A DNA stretch of 64,000 nt from an uncultured Pseudomonadales bacterium (lineage in GTDB: Bacteria; Patescibacteriota; Microgenomatia; UBA1400; PJMF01), in assembly GCA_964625685.1 (NCBI GenBank), contig CAZVBO010000003.1, positions 298 through 64,297 on the forward strand, given 5' to 3'. Shown here one piece after another: positions 1 through 9,030 of this stretch (position 1 is its first letter; each line of letters opens with the position of its first letter). The position numbers and the translations under genes were made by a program. A model generated the notes under the pieces. It was not told the origin of the DNA. It saw only the letters and a list, made by a program, of their open reading frames with translations, and searched no databases.

Positions 1-1
1 T

Positions 2-196
2 TCAGATAAACAGGATTTACCTACTCTCCCCACAGCCATAGTTTACTCAATGTCAGAAGCCGTCCAGCTGGCTCGCCAATTAGCGACACAGAATGACGTT
101 GTCTTATTAAGTCCAGCTGCGGCCAGTTTTAATCTTTTTAAAGACTATGCTGATCGGGGAAATCAATTTAAAAGTGATGTAACCAAACTTTCTTAA
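2..196 (+). CDS. murD: UDP-N-acetylmuramoyl-L-alanine--D-glutamate ligase, C-terminal part (5' end outside window)
   Basis: Hand translation of frame +2 gives ...DVVLLSPAAASFNLFKDYADRGNQFK..., the MurD C-terminal motif; TAA at 194-196. Confidence 0.85.
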   Translation, partial: SDKQDLPTLPTAIVYSMSEAVQLARQLATQNDVVLLSPAAASFNLFKDYADRGNQFKSDVTKLS

Positions 197-255
197 TAAG
201 TAGTAGCTTTTCATAAGTATTTATTACTTATTGGGAAGTATGTTACACTGGCTGT

Positions 256-636
256 GTGAAATCAAAAAGCTCACTTTCCCAAACTCCCGTTACCCTGACT
301 GATCTCCAAGAGATGTCAAAAATGGTCATTACTACCGTTGAAACCATTTTAGAAGAAAAATTTTTGCAAAACGATCAAAAATTAGGACAAGTTAATCAGA
401 GGTTGAAGCAAATTGATCACAGGTTTGAACAAGTTGATCACAGGTTTGAACAAATTGATCAGAAATTCGAACAACTTCTCAGTAATGACCTTAAAATCAT
501 AGAAGAACTCAAGGCAATTCGGGAAGAAACAACTATCACCAATCACCAAAACCATCGCTACTCTGACCAACTAGAAAACCATGAAGATCGGATTCAACTG
601 TTGGAAAAAGCTCTGCCTATTTTCACCAAACTTTAA
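256..636 (+). CDS. coiled-coil hypothetical protein with heptad repeats
   Basis: QIDHRFE/QVDHRFE/QIDQKFE heptads; TGnTACACT -10 lies 6 nt before the GTG. Confidence 0.7.
   Translation: MKSKSSLSQTPVTLTDLQEMSKMVITTVETILEEKFLQNDQKLGQVNQRLKQIDHRFEQVDHRFEQIDQKFEQLLSNDLKIIEELKAIREETTITNHQNHRYSDQLENHEDRIQLLEKALPIFTKL
388..471 (+). repeat. coding 21-bp tandem repeat, 4 imperfect copies
   Basis: caagttaatcagaggttgaag / caaattgatcacaggtttgaa / caagttgatcacaggtttgaa / caaattgatcagaaattcgaa. Confidence 0.85.
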
Positions 637-638
637 AA

Positions 639-1577
639 TTACTCTACTAACTGAGCCGTAATCACCCCACGGCGTAAATAGGTTCCTTCAGGAGTACAAG
701 TAACTAGCTTCAATAACTTAGCATCATGTCGTTGAGCTAGAATATAGGTATCTTCAGGTTTTACTTCAGTTTTTTCCAGAACTCGATAAGTGTATTCAAC
801 ATTCTCAAAGGTGAGATAAATTTCATCACCTTTTTGGAGCGTCATAATTGTACTAAAGATAGAGTTGTATCGATTGGGATTTTTAGGGCTGGGATTATAG
901 AATTGGCGCAAGACAGAATGTCCAAAGATGACCGGAGCTCCAAGATCACCCGGGTCAGCAGTTCCTGGATATTGAATCAGGCTTTTATTTAAATTTGTAC
1001 CCCCAATGGTGACCAACGCATTTTCAATTTTTAGTTTGGGAATTCGCAACATATACGTATGAACTGAGCCTTCGTCCAGCATCGGTACCGGATCTTCAAA
1101 CCAGTTGGACAAATTGGTGTAATCCAGTTTCACATCTAGAATGGTAGGTGATGTTTTTTCGGCTGACCCTTCTGAATCAGTTGATGTTGTTTGCGCAATC
1201 ACTTGGGGCACTACATCCAATACTTCTTCTCTCGGAATCGGAGTATCCAATTGAGCTTGCCAACTGAAAGAACTTTGAGCCATCTGCCACACGATGGGAC
1301 CAGCCGCACTCCCCACTAAAGCAATTCCTATTCCAATAAAACTCATGGGAATTAACCAAGAAAAAACTCGAACCATCAATGGCAGTTGTTTGCGCAATTT
1401 TTGAGTACGAACAGAATCAACCTGTTCTTGAACTACGGTGGAGATCTCAGCTCGCTGACTCAGCTTTCTCACTTTTTGATCAATTTTATCAAGTGGAATA
1501 CGTTCTGCCACTGCCTGGCGATAAATTTTCACCAGTTCTGACTTGGGAATCTGGTAGTTCACTTGTGGTTCACTCAT
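639..1577 (-). CDS. sortase family protein with N-terminal extension and TM anchor
   Basis: FGHS (catalytic His), KLVTC (catalytic Cys) and downstream Arg; TM helix around aa 70-98. Confidence 0.85.
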   Translation of the reverse strand: MSEPQVNYQIPKSELVKIYRQAVAERIPLDKIDQKVRKLSQRAEISTVVQEQVDSVRTQKLRKQLPLMVRVFSWLIPMSFIGIGIALVGSAAGPIVWQMAQSSFSWQAQLDTPIPREEVLDVVPQVIAQTTSTDSEGSAEKTSPTILDVKLDYTNLSNWFEDPVPMLDEGSVHTYMLRIPKLKIENALVTIGGTNLNKSLIQYPGTADPGDLGAPVIFGHSVLRQFYNPSPKNPNRYNSIFSTIMTLQKGDEIYLTFENVEYTYRVLEKTEVKPEDTYILAQRHDAKLLKLVTCTPEGTYLRRGVITAQLVE

Positions 1578-3861
1578 CTTGAACTCGAATGGTTACTTTA
1601 TCCCCATTTTTGGGAATGGTGTGAACAAATTTAGCCAAGAGAGGTGGCTGAATTTCAATCGCAAAGGCTTTCAGTTGATCATTTGATTTAAGACTACTTT
1701 CAGCCTCTTCAATTGACTTACCCAATAATTCAGTTTTCAGTTGATCTAGATTGAGATTGGGCACCGCTTTGGTACTAATATCAGCATTTAAAGTCACGGT
1801 TGCCGCCGCGCTGGCGGACTCATCAGTGGAAGATAAAATTTGAGGATCTGCCTCTGACAGAGAATAATTTTCGGGAACTTGAGATGACAATAGCTCCCGG
1901 GCGAGTGGTTTGAGATCCGCTGACGAATACGCCACAGCCTCAACCTTAAGAGTCATTTGTAAAGTAACCGTATTTACTTCCTCTCCCTCCTCTGCCGAAT
2001 ATTCGGCAGTCTGGATGTTACTTGATCCGGTGGGCACATAATAGGTTCCATTTTTAGACTCATCACTGTATTCTTGAGACGCCTGAGCCAGCAACTCAGA
2101 TCGCAAATCGGCTTTTAAAGTTGACAAATCTTCGGCTGAAACCACTCTAACTTCACGGCTGCTGCCACCACTAAAATCTTCTGTCGCAACAGCTTGATAA
2201 GTGTTCGTCGCAAAACTTGCTACTTGGAATTCTTCACCTTCTGTCAAGTTACTTTCGGCCCCAATTTGATCAGCCGTCACTGCTACTTCAGTCTTTCCAT
2301 ATTTTTTGGTTTCACCATCACTGTTTTCTTCAGTAGTAGCCGCCGGGACGGTTACTTCTTCATTTAAAACAAATACCAATTCACCAGTTTTAAGTTGAGT
2401 TCCTTGAGCGAAAGTTTTTTCTGAATCCGTCTTGTTACTCATTTCCACTTTACCTTGAGCTTTGTCACCGATCAATTTCACTCCAGTGGTATCAATAGTT
2501 TTATTACCACTGACTTCTTTCTGTTGCACTTGAGCAGGCAAAATCAAATTTGCTGCATCAGGAGCGGTGGCTTCTGGATCGATGGTAATTTTAGCTGTCT
2601 GGTTCACTGTTTTCGTATTGAGTTTCACCGTAATTTCAGCTTGAGCAGCTACATTACTAAACAGGAAGAAAATTCCTAATAACAGTACCACCCCTCCACC
2701 CACACCGGCTATGATAAATGGCTTTCGATTCCGAGGTTTATCATCAGCCATCGCTTTCTGCCACCATTTTTTCAGCTGAGTCACCAAAGTTGTTTTCGGT
2801 GTTGCTACCTTAGAGGGAATCATTTCAGCTGGTGATTCTGCATTTTCTTCAGCCACTGCTTCTTTTTTAGTGGAAGATGGTTTGATCGGAACCCCAAAGC
2901 TGGTAGGGGTTGTCACTTGACCCAAATTATCTGAGAAAGTAGTTCCATTTTCTAAATCAACCGCTAAATCATGTGGTGATGATGGAGTTATTTCTTCTTT
3001 GACGGCGGCAAAACCAAGATCAGCCGCTGCTGTTTCGGTAATGGTTGTTGGTGTTTCGGCTGGCGCTACCACGGGTTTGGTTAAAGCTGGACTGGTTGGC
3101 TGGAGAGTCATTCCCGCAGCTTGAGCTACGGCAGTTCCTCCCTGGATAGCCACTGCTGTCACCACCAATCGAGCTGGACCGATTTCAATCACGGGTGGTT
3201 GCAAAAAGGGATGTTCACTCTTCCAATCAAAATCTAGTAAACTACTTTTTTGATCTTGTAAATATTCCTGATCAAACTCACTCCCGACCAAAATCATTTT
3301 AGGTGGCAAATAATCAGATCCTAAGGCCTGTTCACTTCGAGCTAGAGCCTCTCGTAAGTCTGCCACACTATCACCTGATCGACCTACCTTTTGGTAACTC
3401 AGAGTTTGACCTCGTTGAATCAAGTTCATGGTCAAAAATTGATCTGATAACTGGACCACAATTACCGAAAGTAATGGCTCACTCATAGCTAAATACTGCG
3501 CCATAGCTTCAGTAGAAATGACAAAGCCAACCGGTTTTAAAGAAAGTTCTTGAGTGAGTTTTTTAATAAAAGGTTTCTTGCCAGGAGTAATATCACCCTC
3601 GGACACCCAATCAGGTTCAAATCCGAATACCACTTCTTCCACCCCCTCTGACTCTTTTCCCAATTCTTGGAGACTTTCATCAGTTTGAGTTAAAGCCTCA
3701 GCTTCTCCCTGATAAGTAAAAGTGGCCGAAGTGCGAAGAATCTGAATTTTACCTTGCTCTACCTTCCACAATGCTGACTGAATCTGAACATCATCAATAT
3801 AAATCGCTAAGTAGAGTTTGGCTTCATCTGGTGGAGCTTCAAACAAATTGGGCAATGGCAT
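1570..3861 (-). CDS. baseplate-J-like domain membrane protein (CPR type)
   Basis: N-terminal cytoplasmic domain, Pro/Thr/Ala linker, single TM, then KAQGKV..N..FAQGT..V.A.QIGAESN..FSGG motifs typical of baseplate-J-like annotated proteins. Confidence 0.6.
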   Translation of the reverse strand: MPLPNLFEAPPDEAKLYLAIYIDDVQIQSALWKVEQGKIQILRTSATFTYQGEAEALTQTDESLQELGKESEGVEEVVFGFEPDWVSEGDITPGKKPFIKKLTQELSLKPVGFVISTEAMAQYLAMSEPLLSVIVVQLSDQFLTMNLIQRGQTLSYQKVGRSGDSVADLREALARSEQALGSDYLPPKMILVGSEFDQEYLQDQKSSLLDFDWKSEHPFLQPPVIEIGPARLVVTAVAIQGGTAVAQAAGMTLQPTSPALTKPVVAPAETPTTITETAAADLGFAAVKEEITPSSPHDLAVDLENGTTFSDNLGQVTTPTSFGVPIKPSSTKKEAVAEENAESPAEMIPSKVATPKTTLVTQLKKWWQKAMADDKPRNRKPFIIAGVGGGVVLLLGIFFLFSNVAAQAEITVKLNTKTVNQTAKITIDPEATAPDAANLILPAQVQQKEVSGNKTIDTTGVKLIGDKAQGKVEMSNKTDSEKTFAQGTQLKTGELVFVLNEEVTVPAATTEENSDGETKKYGKTEVAVTADQIGAESNLTEGEEFQVASFATNTYQAVATEDFSGGSSREVRVVSAEDLSTLKADLRSELLAQASQEYSDESKNGTYYVPTGSSNIQTAEYSAEEGEEVNTVTLQMTLKVEAVAYSSADLKPLARELLSSQVPENYSLSEADPQILSSTDESASAAATVTLNADISTKAVPNLNLDQLKTELLGKSIEEAESSLKSNDQLKAFAIEIQPPLLAKFVHTIPKNGDKVTIRVQDE

Positions 3862-3894
3862 ATCTGTCCCAGTATAATGAATTTTTGAGAAAAT

Positions 3895-4228
3895 TTGAAT
3901 CAGGAATCAGGAAAATGCAAAACTGTAAACCAGTAGCCCTCCTCCTTTGCTAAAGAGCAACGGAAAAACAAATAGAGCTAGTAAATGAGTAAAGAACACA
4001 AAATAAGATTAATGACCAAAGAGCAAGAAGAAGTAAAGAGAGACAGAGTTAGAGAGACAAAGATGAACCTTACAAGTGACTAGTTACTAGTGACCAGTGA
4101 CAAGTCATAAAAAAATTGGATCTTGAACTTTGGAACTTGATTTTTGTTTGAAATTTGGTTTTTGCCTGCCTGCGCAGGCAGGGAGTTTGGAATTTAATTA
4201 TCAACCATTAATCAATAAACAATAATTA
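3895..4228. repeat. intergenic mosaic of short tandem (7-8 nt) repeats and a palindrome
   Basis: gaatcag x2, agagagacagag/agagagacaaag, caagtga-ctagtta-ctagtga-ccagtga-caagtca, ttgga/ttgaa-type heptamers, CCTGCCTGCGCAGGCAGG, aatcaat/aaacaat heptamers. Confidence 0.7.
4165..4182. repeat. perfect 18-bp palindrome CCTGCCTGCGCAGGCAGG (intergenic copy)
   Basis: Self reverse-complementary; identical copy at 24814-24831. Confidence 0.9.
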
Positions 4229-6142
4229 CTAAATTAATTCCACATAGATTCGTCGCACTCCAGCACTGGCTGACTTCTCTTTGGTAATTTTAACAGGACC
4301 AATTTCACCAGTATGAGTGACATGCGGTCCTCCACAAAATTCTTTCGAAATCCAACCTTCAAGTTCATGAGCCGGACCACCTACTTTTTTGCCAATCGTG
4401 TACACCGAAACTTCGTCAGGATATTTCTCAATAAAGAAAGCAATGGCCCCTGATTGTAATGCTTCGGTTTTTGGTAAAATTTGTTTTGTGACTGGCAAAT
4501 CAGCCTCAATCCAATCATTAATTTGCTGTTCTACTTGCTGTTTTTCAGCTTCCGTTAAAGCTCGGTCGAAACTAAAATCAAACCGTAATCTCTCCCCGGT
4601 GATATTGGAACCTTTTTGTTGAACCGTTTCACCCAATATTTGACGGAGTGCAGCATGCAGTAAATGAGTCGCAGTATGAAATTTGACCACCGTTTCACTC
4701 TGATCGGCTAACCCACCTTTAAACATGCCCGCCGAAGCCGTCCGAGATTGATCCGCATGTCCTTGCTTTAATTGATTAAACTTCTCTTCAAGATTTTTTT
4801 CCAAAATCATTTCTCGTTGAGTGGCTTCTTCAATGGATAACTCCACTGGAAAACCATAAGTTTCGTAGAGAGTAAAGGCTTGCTGAGCAGTGAACGTTGA
4901 AATTCCTGAAGTCAGTTTTTCAAATTCTTTTAAGCCGGTGCTTAAAGTTTTTAAAAATTTTTGTTCTTCTGCTTGCAATCCTTGTTGAATTTTGGCTAAT
5001 TTTTGGTCAACTTGAGGATAGGGTTCCCGGTAGATCTCGGCTACAACTTGAACCAAGTCTGCCACAAATGGTTTTTCAATTCCCAACTTGCGACCGTGGC
5101 GCACCGCTCGACGAATTAAGCGACGAGAAAAATAGCTTTGTTGTTTAGAACCAGGAAAAACTCCATCACTGGCCAACATCGTAGCTGCTTTGATATGATC
5201 AGCAATTACTCGAAAGCTGGCTAAAGTTGCAGCTTCACCATATTTTTGACCTGATAATTCCTCTAAATGATGAATTAAGGGTAAAAATAAATCTGTGGTA
5301 AAGACATCAGAATTTTGATGAACCGCAGCCAGTAATCGTTCCAATCCTCCTCCAAAATCGATATTCTTCTTAGGTAACTCCTCAAAACCATGCTCGGTTC
5401 GCTGATACTGCATAAATACCGAATTGCCAATTTCTAAAAATCGGCCACAGTCACAATTGACGTGACATGGCTGATCTTGATAGATAGAATTTTGATGAAT
5501 ATGATGTCTCCCATCAGGATCAAAATCAAAAAAAACCTCACTATCAGGACCACCTGGTTCTCCTACTGGCATATTTTTAGGTTCACCTGATCGTGACCAC
5601 CAATTTTTAGTATCACCATAGTAAAAAATTCGGCCATTATCTAAACCGGTCTGTGCAGCATCCTCAATGACAGCAGCAGTTACACCGGATTGAGCAAACA
5701 TTTTCTGCCAAACAGCCACCGCTTCTATATCTCGAGGAACCCCAATAGTTTTATTGCCTCCATACACCGAGATATACAGTCGATGAGGGTCAAGACCGAG
5801 TTCGGTGACTAAAAAGGTGAACAACCACTCAATTTGTTCCGTTTTAAAATAATCTCCTAAAGACCAGTTTCCCAACATTTCAAAAAAAGTAGTATGCCGA
5901 TTATCACCCACTTCCTCGATATCTTGAGATCGAAATGATTTTTGAGAGTCTACCAATCGAGTTCCTTTGGGATGGAGTTGTCCTAATAAATAAGGCACCA
6001 ACGGTTGCATACCCGCACTCGTAAATAGAGTTGTAGGATCATTTTCTGGAACGAGTGGTGAAGACGGAATTTCAACGTGACCTCGAGCGATGAAAAAATC
6101 AAGATAGCGACGACGAAGTTGATTGGCGGTAAGCTGACTCAT
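4229..6142 (-). CDS. alaS: alanine--tRNA ligase (short form lacking C-Ala domain)
   Basis: DPTTLFTSAGMQP, HTTFFEMLGNWS, editing motifs HTATHLLH and EFCGGPHV; ends at GVRRI. Confidence 0.97.
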   Translation of the reverse strand: MSQLTANQLRRRYLDFFIARGHVEIPSSPLVPENDPTTLFTSAGMQPLVPYLLGQLHPKGTRLVDSQKSFRSQDIEEVGDNRHTTFFEMLGNWSLGDYFKTEQIEWLFTFLVTELGLDPHRLYISVYGGNKTIGVPRDIEAVAVWQKMFAQSGVTAAVIEDAAQTGLDNGRIFYYGDTKNWWSRSGEPKNMPVGEPGGPDSEVFFDFDPDGRHHIHQNSIYQDQPCHVNCDCGRFLEIGNSVFMQYQRTEHGFEELPKKNIDFGGGLERLLAAVHQNSDVFTTDLFLPLIHHLEELSGQKYGEAATLASFRVIADHIKAATMLASDGVFPGSKQQSYFSRRLIRRAVRHGRKLGIEKPFVADLVQVVAEIYREPYPQVDQKLAKIQQGLQAEEQKFLKTLSTGLKEFEKLTSGISTFTAQQAFTLYETYGFPVELSIEEATQREMILEKNLEEKFNQLKQGHADQSRTASAGMFKGGLADQSETVVKFHTATHLLHAALRQILGETVQQKGSNITGERLRFDFSFDRALTEAEKQQVEQQINDWIEADLPVTKQILPKTEALQSGAIAFFIEKYPDEVSVYTIGKKVGGPAHELEGWISKEFCGGPHVTHTGEIGPVKITKEKSASAGVRRIYVELI

Positions 6143-6184
6143 GACAGAAATTATACTGGCTCAACTTTGAAAAATCCAACTCGA

Positions 6185-6514
6185 TTACACCCCTTTAAAT
6201 TTCTTGGACTTGGGGGTGGATTTTGACTTTGAGTCTGATTTTTTGGGAGATGATTTTGGCGTCTGCGTGGCCTCACTATCAGTAGTTAAATCTTGAACAA
6301 AGTTAACCACAGCCTGACGAAGAGATATCTTTCCCTCAGATGGGGATCCTTCAGTGAGTGGGGTTAGATGTTGATCCCATTCTTCAGCCAATTGGTGACG
6401 AACTTTTTTACCTTGATCTGTTCCAAATAAGAAATATCCAGCCGCTCCTGCAATTAATCCCCAGGTAAAACCAACTAAAAAAGAATTTGACTGATCCTCG
6501 TAAGCATTGGACAT
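6185..6514 (-). CDS. YtxH-like protein
   Basis: FLVGFTWGLIAGAAGYFLFGT..GKKVR N-terminal pattern. Confidence 0.6.
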   Translation of the reverse strand: MSNAYEDQSNSFLVGFTWGLIAGAAGYFLFGTDQGKKVRHQLAEEWDQHLTPLTEGSPSEGKISLRQAVVNFVQDLTTDSEATQTPKSSPKKSDSKSKSTPKSKKFKGV

Positions 6515-6519
6515 ACTAT

Positions 6520-6789
6520 TTACCGTTTATTTTTGTCTCGATCTAACCAACTAATAAAGGACTCAAAAATACGAAAACCCGTTTTTAAACTGGCAGTGGC
6601 ATTCCCCAAACTCTGAAATGGACTGACAATTTTATTGATTTTGGCTTCAGCCAAATCAACGGTAGTGTTGATCTTGGTTAGGGTCCGACGGACTTCATTC
6701 AAGACGAGAATAACTTGAACCCCTACTATGGTTAAAACGGTGGCTAAAATAACGAGTACGGTGGTTAGAACAACTTGCATGACATCCAT
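6520..6789 (-). CDS. DUF948/YoxC-like membrane-anchored coiled-coil protein
   Basis: N-terminal TM then coiled coil; next to a YtxH-like gene as in ytxGH. Confidence 0.5.
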   Translation of the reverse strand: MDVMQVVLTTVLVILATVLTIVGVQVILVLNEVRRTLTKINTTVDLAEAKINKIVSPFQSLGNATASLKTGFRIFESFISWLDRDKNKR

Positions 6790-6865
6790 AGTTACTATCC
6801 TTTACGGTACTTTTCAGTATCTTTTCATTGTACTTTTTTCAGTAAAGAAAAGGAAGATTGAAATA

Positions 6866-7042
6866 ATTAAATTTCCAAACTCCAAAATCCAATTAACCAA
6901 ACAGATTCCAAAGTTCAGATGTCAAACTCTTACCTAAAGTTTTAAAAATTGGTTACTGATTTTTGATTTTTGTCTGAATTCTGACTTTTGAAATTTGGAA
7001 ATTTGATTTTGTTTGGACTTTGGATTTTGGAAATTGGTTTTT
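6866..7042. repeat. inverted array of degenerate heptamers (AAATCC(A)/TGGATTT type)
   Basis: Left arm aaatttccaaactccaaaatccaattaaccaaacagattccaaa; right arm ...tttggaaatttgattttgtttggactttggattttggaaattgg. Confidence 0.7.
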
Positions 7043-7047
7043 AATAA

Positions 7048-7692
7048 CTAGTACTTCACTCTAACCGTGCGTTGTACCGTATTACTCTTTCCCCGCCGAT
7101 CGGTCGCTTTAATGGTAATGGTATTAATTCCTTCTCGTGATAAAAAGACCTCGGTCTTAAAACTGCCATCAACTTGCAATGCCACTGGTTGGGCATTCAC
7201 ACTCACCACCGCATCCGGCAAAGTTTTCCCCTCTACAATTACTTGAGCCGCTACTTCAGCGTTTTCACTAGGAACAGTCACTTCCAGGGAAGGCGGTTTC
7301 TGTAAGTTGTACCAACCAACTCCCACATAGACGACAAAAGATAGAAAAAGTGCCGCTAAAACCAAAATAGCGGTGGTAATAGGAGTCCAAAATGTCTTCC
7401 GTTTCAGAACTGGTTTTAAAAATTCTCGAGGCACTAGTTGTCCCCGAGCACTTTCTTTAAAGTCCCGTCTCAATAAAGCTAGTAAAGGTTTATAGTCAAA
7501 ACCAAAAACTTGCCCATACGTTCTGATGTAACCTTTGACAAAAGTAGCTGCCGGCAGCTTTTCAAACTCATTATTTTCCAATAACACCAAATACTCTTTT
7601 CGAATTCGAGTTCTCTTAGCTAAATCATCGATTGAAAAACGGTGAAACTCTCGTTCTTCTTGTAAAATTTCACCAATGGTTCTTGTTTTCAT
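7048..7692 (-). CDS. RodZ-like protein (HTH_25 + TM + Ig-like domain)
   Basis: TIGEILQEERE..TRIRKEYL..LENNEF.KLP..TFVKGYIRTY, then TM and a beta-rich C-terminus. Confidence 0.8.
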   Translation of the reverse strand: MKTRTIGEILQEEREFHRFSIDDLAKRTRIRKEYLVLLENNEFEKLPAATFVKGYIRTYGQVFGFDYKPLLALLRRDFKESARGQLVPREFLKPVLKRKTFWTPITTAILVLAALFLSFVVYVGVGWYNLQKPPSLEVTVPSENAEVAAQVIVEGKTLPDAVVSVNAQPVALQVDGSFKTEVFLSREGINTITIKATDRRGKSNTVQRTVRVKY

Positions 7693-7762
7693 GTAGCCTA
7701 AAAATTACTTCTTTTCAAGTACAGTGATCATACCGCACTGACTCAGTCGAATCATGAGGAAT

Positions 7763-8194
7763 TTAGGCTAAATGTTGTTTTACCATAGCAGCGACTCGGG
7801 CACCATCGGCTTGACCTTGAACTTTAGCCATAACTGCAGAAATTAACTTGCCCATGTTTTGTTCCTCACTCTCACTCACTACTTGAGTAACAATTGCATC
7901 TAATTCATCATCACTCAACTGAGCGGGTAAATAGGATTCTAGAACTTGAATCTTGGCTGCTTCTTCATCAACTAAATCCTGACGTCCACCTTTAGCGAAT
8001 TCTGCCTGAGCGTCTTTAGCTTGTTTAACTTGGGTGGCAATAATTTTTTGGACGCCTTGATCGTCTTGCTCTCCATGATCGATTTCATAGTTTTTAATCT
8101 CAGCTCGCAAAAATCGAATTACATTCAATTTGACCATGTCTTTCGCTTTCATGGCATTCTTCATATCTTCCATTAATTGTTGTTGTAGTGTCAT
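7763..8194 (-). CDS. yqeY: GatB/YqeY domain protein
   Basis: DMKNAMKAKD..IRFLRAEIKN..GGRQDL..YLPAQLS..MGKL..V.GQADG; start reassigned to ATG 8194 behind an AAGGAG SD. Confidence 0.9.
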   Translation of the reverse strand: MTLQQQLMEDMKNAMKAKDMVKLNVIRFLRAEIKNYEIDHGEQDDQGVQKIIATQVKQAKDAQAEFAKGGRQDLVDEEAAKIQVLESYLPAQLSDDELDAIVTQVVSESEEQNMGKLISAVMAKVQGQADGARVAAMVKQHLA

Positions 8195-8236
8195 AAAACT
8201 CCTTTGAGGTATTTTACCATTCTTAATCGGAATGTA

Positions 8237-8245
8237 TGCTATACT
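8237..8245 (+). promoter_or_regulatory. extended -10 promoter for the hairpin/lemA transcript
   Basis: TGCTATACT matches TGnTATAAT. Confidence 0.55.
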
Positions 8246-8263
8246 AAATTTATCGTATATATT

Positions 8264-8428
8264 TAGACTTGTCGCGACATACAACTCATGGCACTTTCAC
8301 ATCTCTTTTGGTAAAACAAAACTCTTCTTCTTTCTCAAGTAAGCAATGCTACTATCGTCATCAGAAGAGCTTGTTTTTCTCAAAATATATGTCAAATTAC
8401 ACATTAGTTGATCTCGCTACAAGTCCTA
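8264..8428 (+). ncRNA. candidate long rod-like hairpin RNA / structured leader of lemA
   Basis: ~65-nt imperfect inverted repeat (8264-8329 vs 8364-8428) around a ~34-nt loop, just downstream of a -10 box. Confidence 0.5.
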
Positions 8429-8447
8429 CACTTGAAAGTGAGTTCCC

Positions 8448-9017
8448 ATGAAAACGAATCAAATCCTGCTAGCTGTGGTAGGCATAGTTGCCGTTCTTGG
8501 CATTTTTCTGGCGGGCAGTTACAACGGATTGGTAGCTAAAAATCAAGAAGTAGACAAACAATGGTCTCAGGTTGAGTCTCAATATCAACGACGATATGAT
8601 TTGATTCCAAATCTAGTGGAAGCCACCAAAGGCACCCTCAAACAAGAGCAAACAGTCTTTAACGATATTGCTCAAGCACGTCAGAACTATGCGGGAGCTC
8701 AGAGTGTGAACGAGAAAGCTGAAGCGGCTACTCAACTTGAATCTTCATTAGGCCGGTTGCTCGTCATTGTGGAAAACTATCCAGAACTTAAATCGAACGA
8801 GACTGTTCTCGCTCTCATGGATGAGTTAGCGGGCACCGAAAATCGAATTAGTGTCGAACGAATGCGCTTCAACGAATCGGTTCAGTCTTATAACACCCAA
8901 ATTAAAACTTTTCCCACAGTCCTGATTGCTGGTATATTTGGCTTCAATGAAAAATCCTACTTTGAATCAGTAAATCAAGCTGAAACTGCGCCACAAGTTG
9001 ATTTGACGACTGAGTAA
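8448..9017 (+). CDS. lemA: LemA family protein
   Basis: YQRRYDLIPNLV, VENYPELK, ELAGTENRISVERMRFNE. Confidence 0.95.
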   Translation: MKTNQILLAVVGIVAVLGIFLAGSYNGLVAKNQEVDKQWSQVESQYQRRYDLIPNLVEATKGTLKQEQTVFNDIAQARQNYAGAQSVNEKAEAATQLESSLGRLLVIVENYPELKSNETVLALMDELAGTENRISVERMRFNESVQSYNTQIKTFPTVLIAGIFGFNEKSYFESVNQAETAPQVDLTTE

Positions 9018-9030
9018 AGAAGGATCCACT

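Noticed and set aside
4350-4392. Extra residues in the AlaRS editing domain (KKVGGPAHELEGW) as another palindrome insertion
   Set aside because: The DNA is not palindromic and matches none of the repeat families seen.
6811-6828. Third TCS-like box ttttcagtatcttttcat
   Set aside because: It faces away from the nearest gene and is likely a chance match in AT-rich DNA.
6728-6937. 69-aa ORF
   Set aside because: Antisense to a real gene and running into the heptamer array.
8264-8428. Naming the hairpin as SRP RNA or 6S RNA
   Set aside because: It lacks the SRP GGAA-loop/AGCAG motif and a clear 6S central bubble, so it is left unassigned.
8269-8451. 60-aa TTG-start ORF upstream of lemA
   Set aside because: It lies over the long inverted repeat and has no protein-like features or SD.
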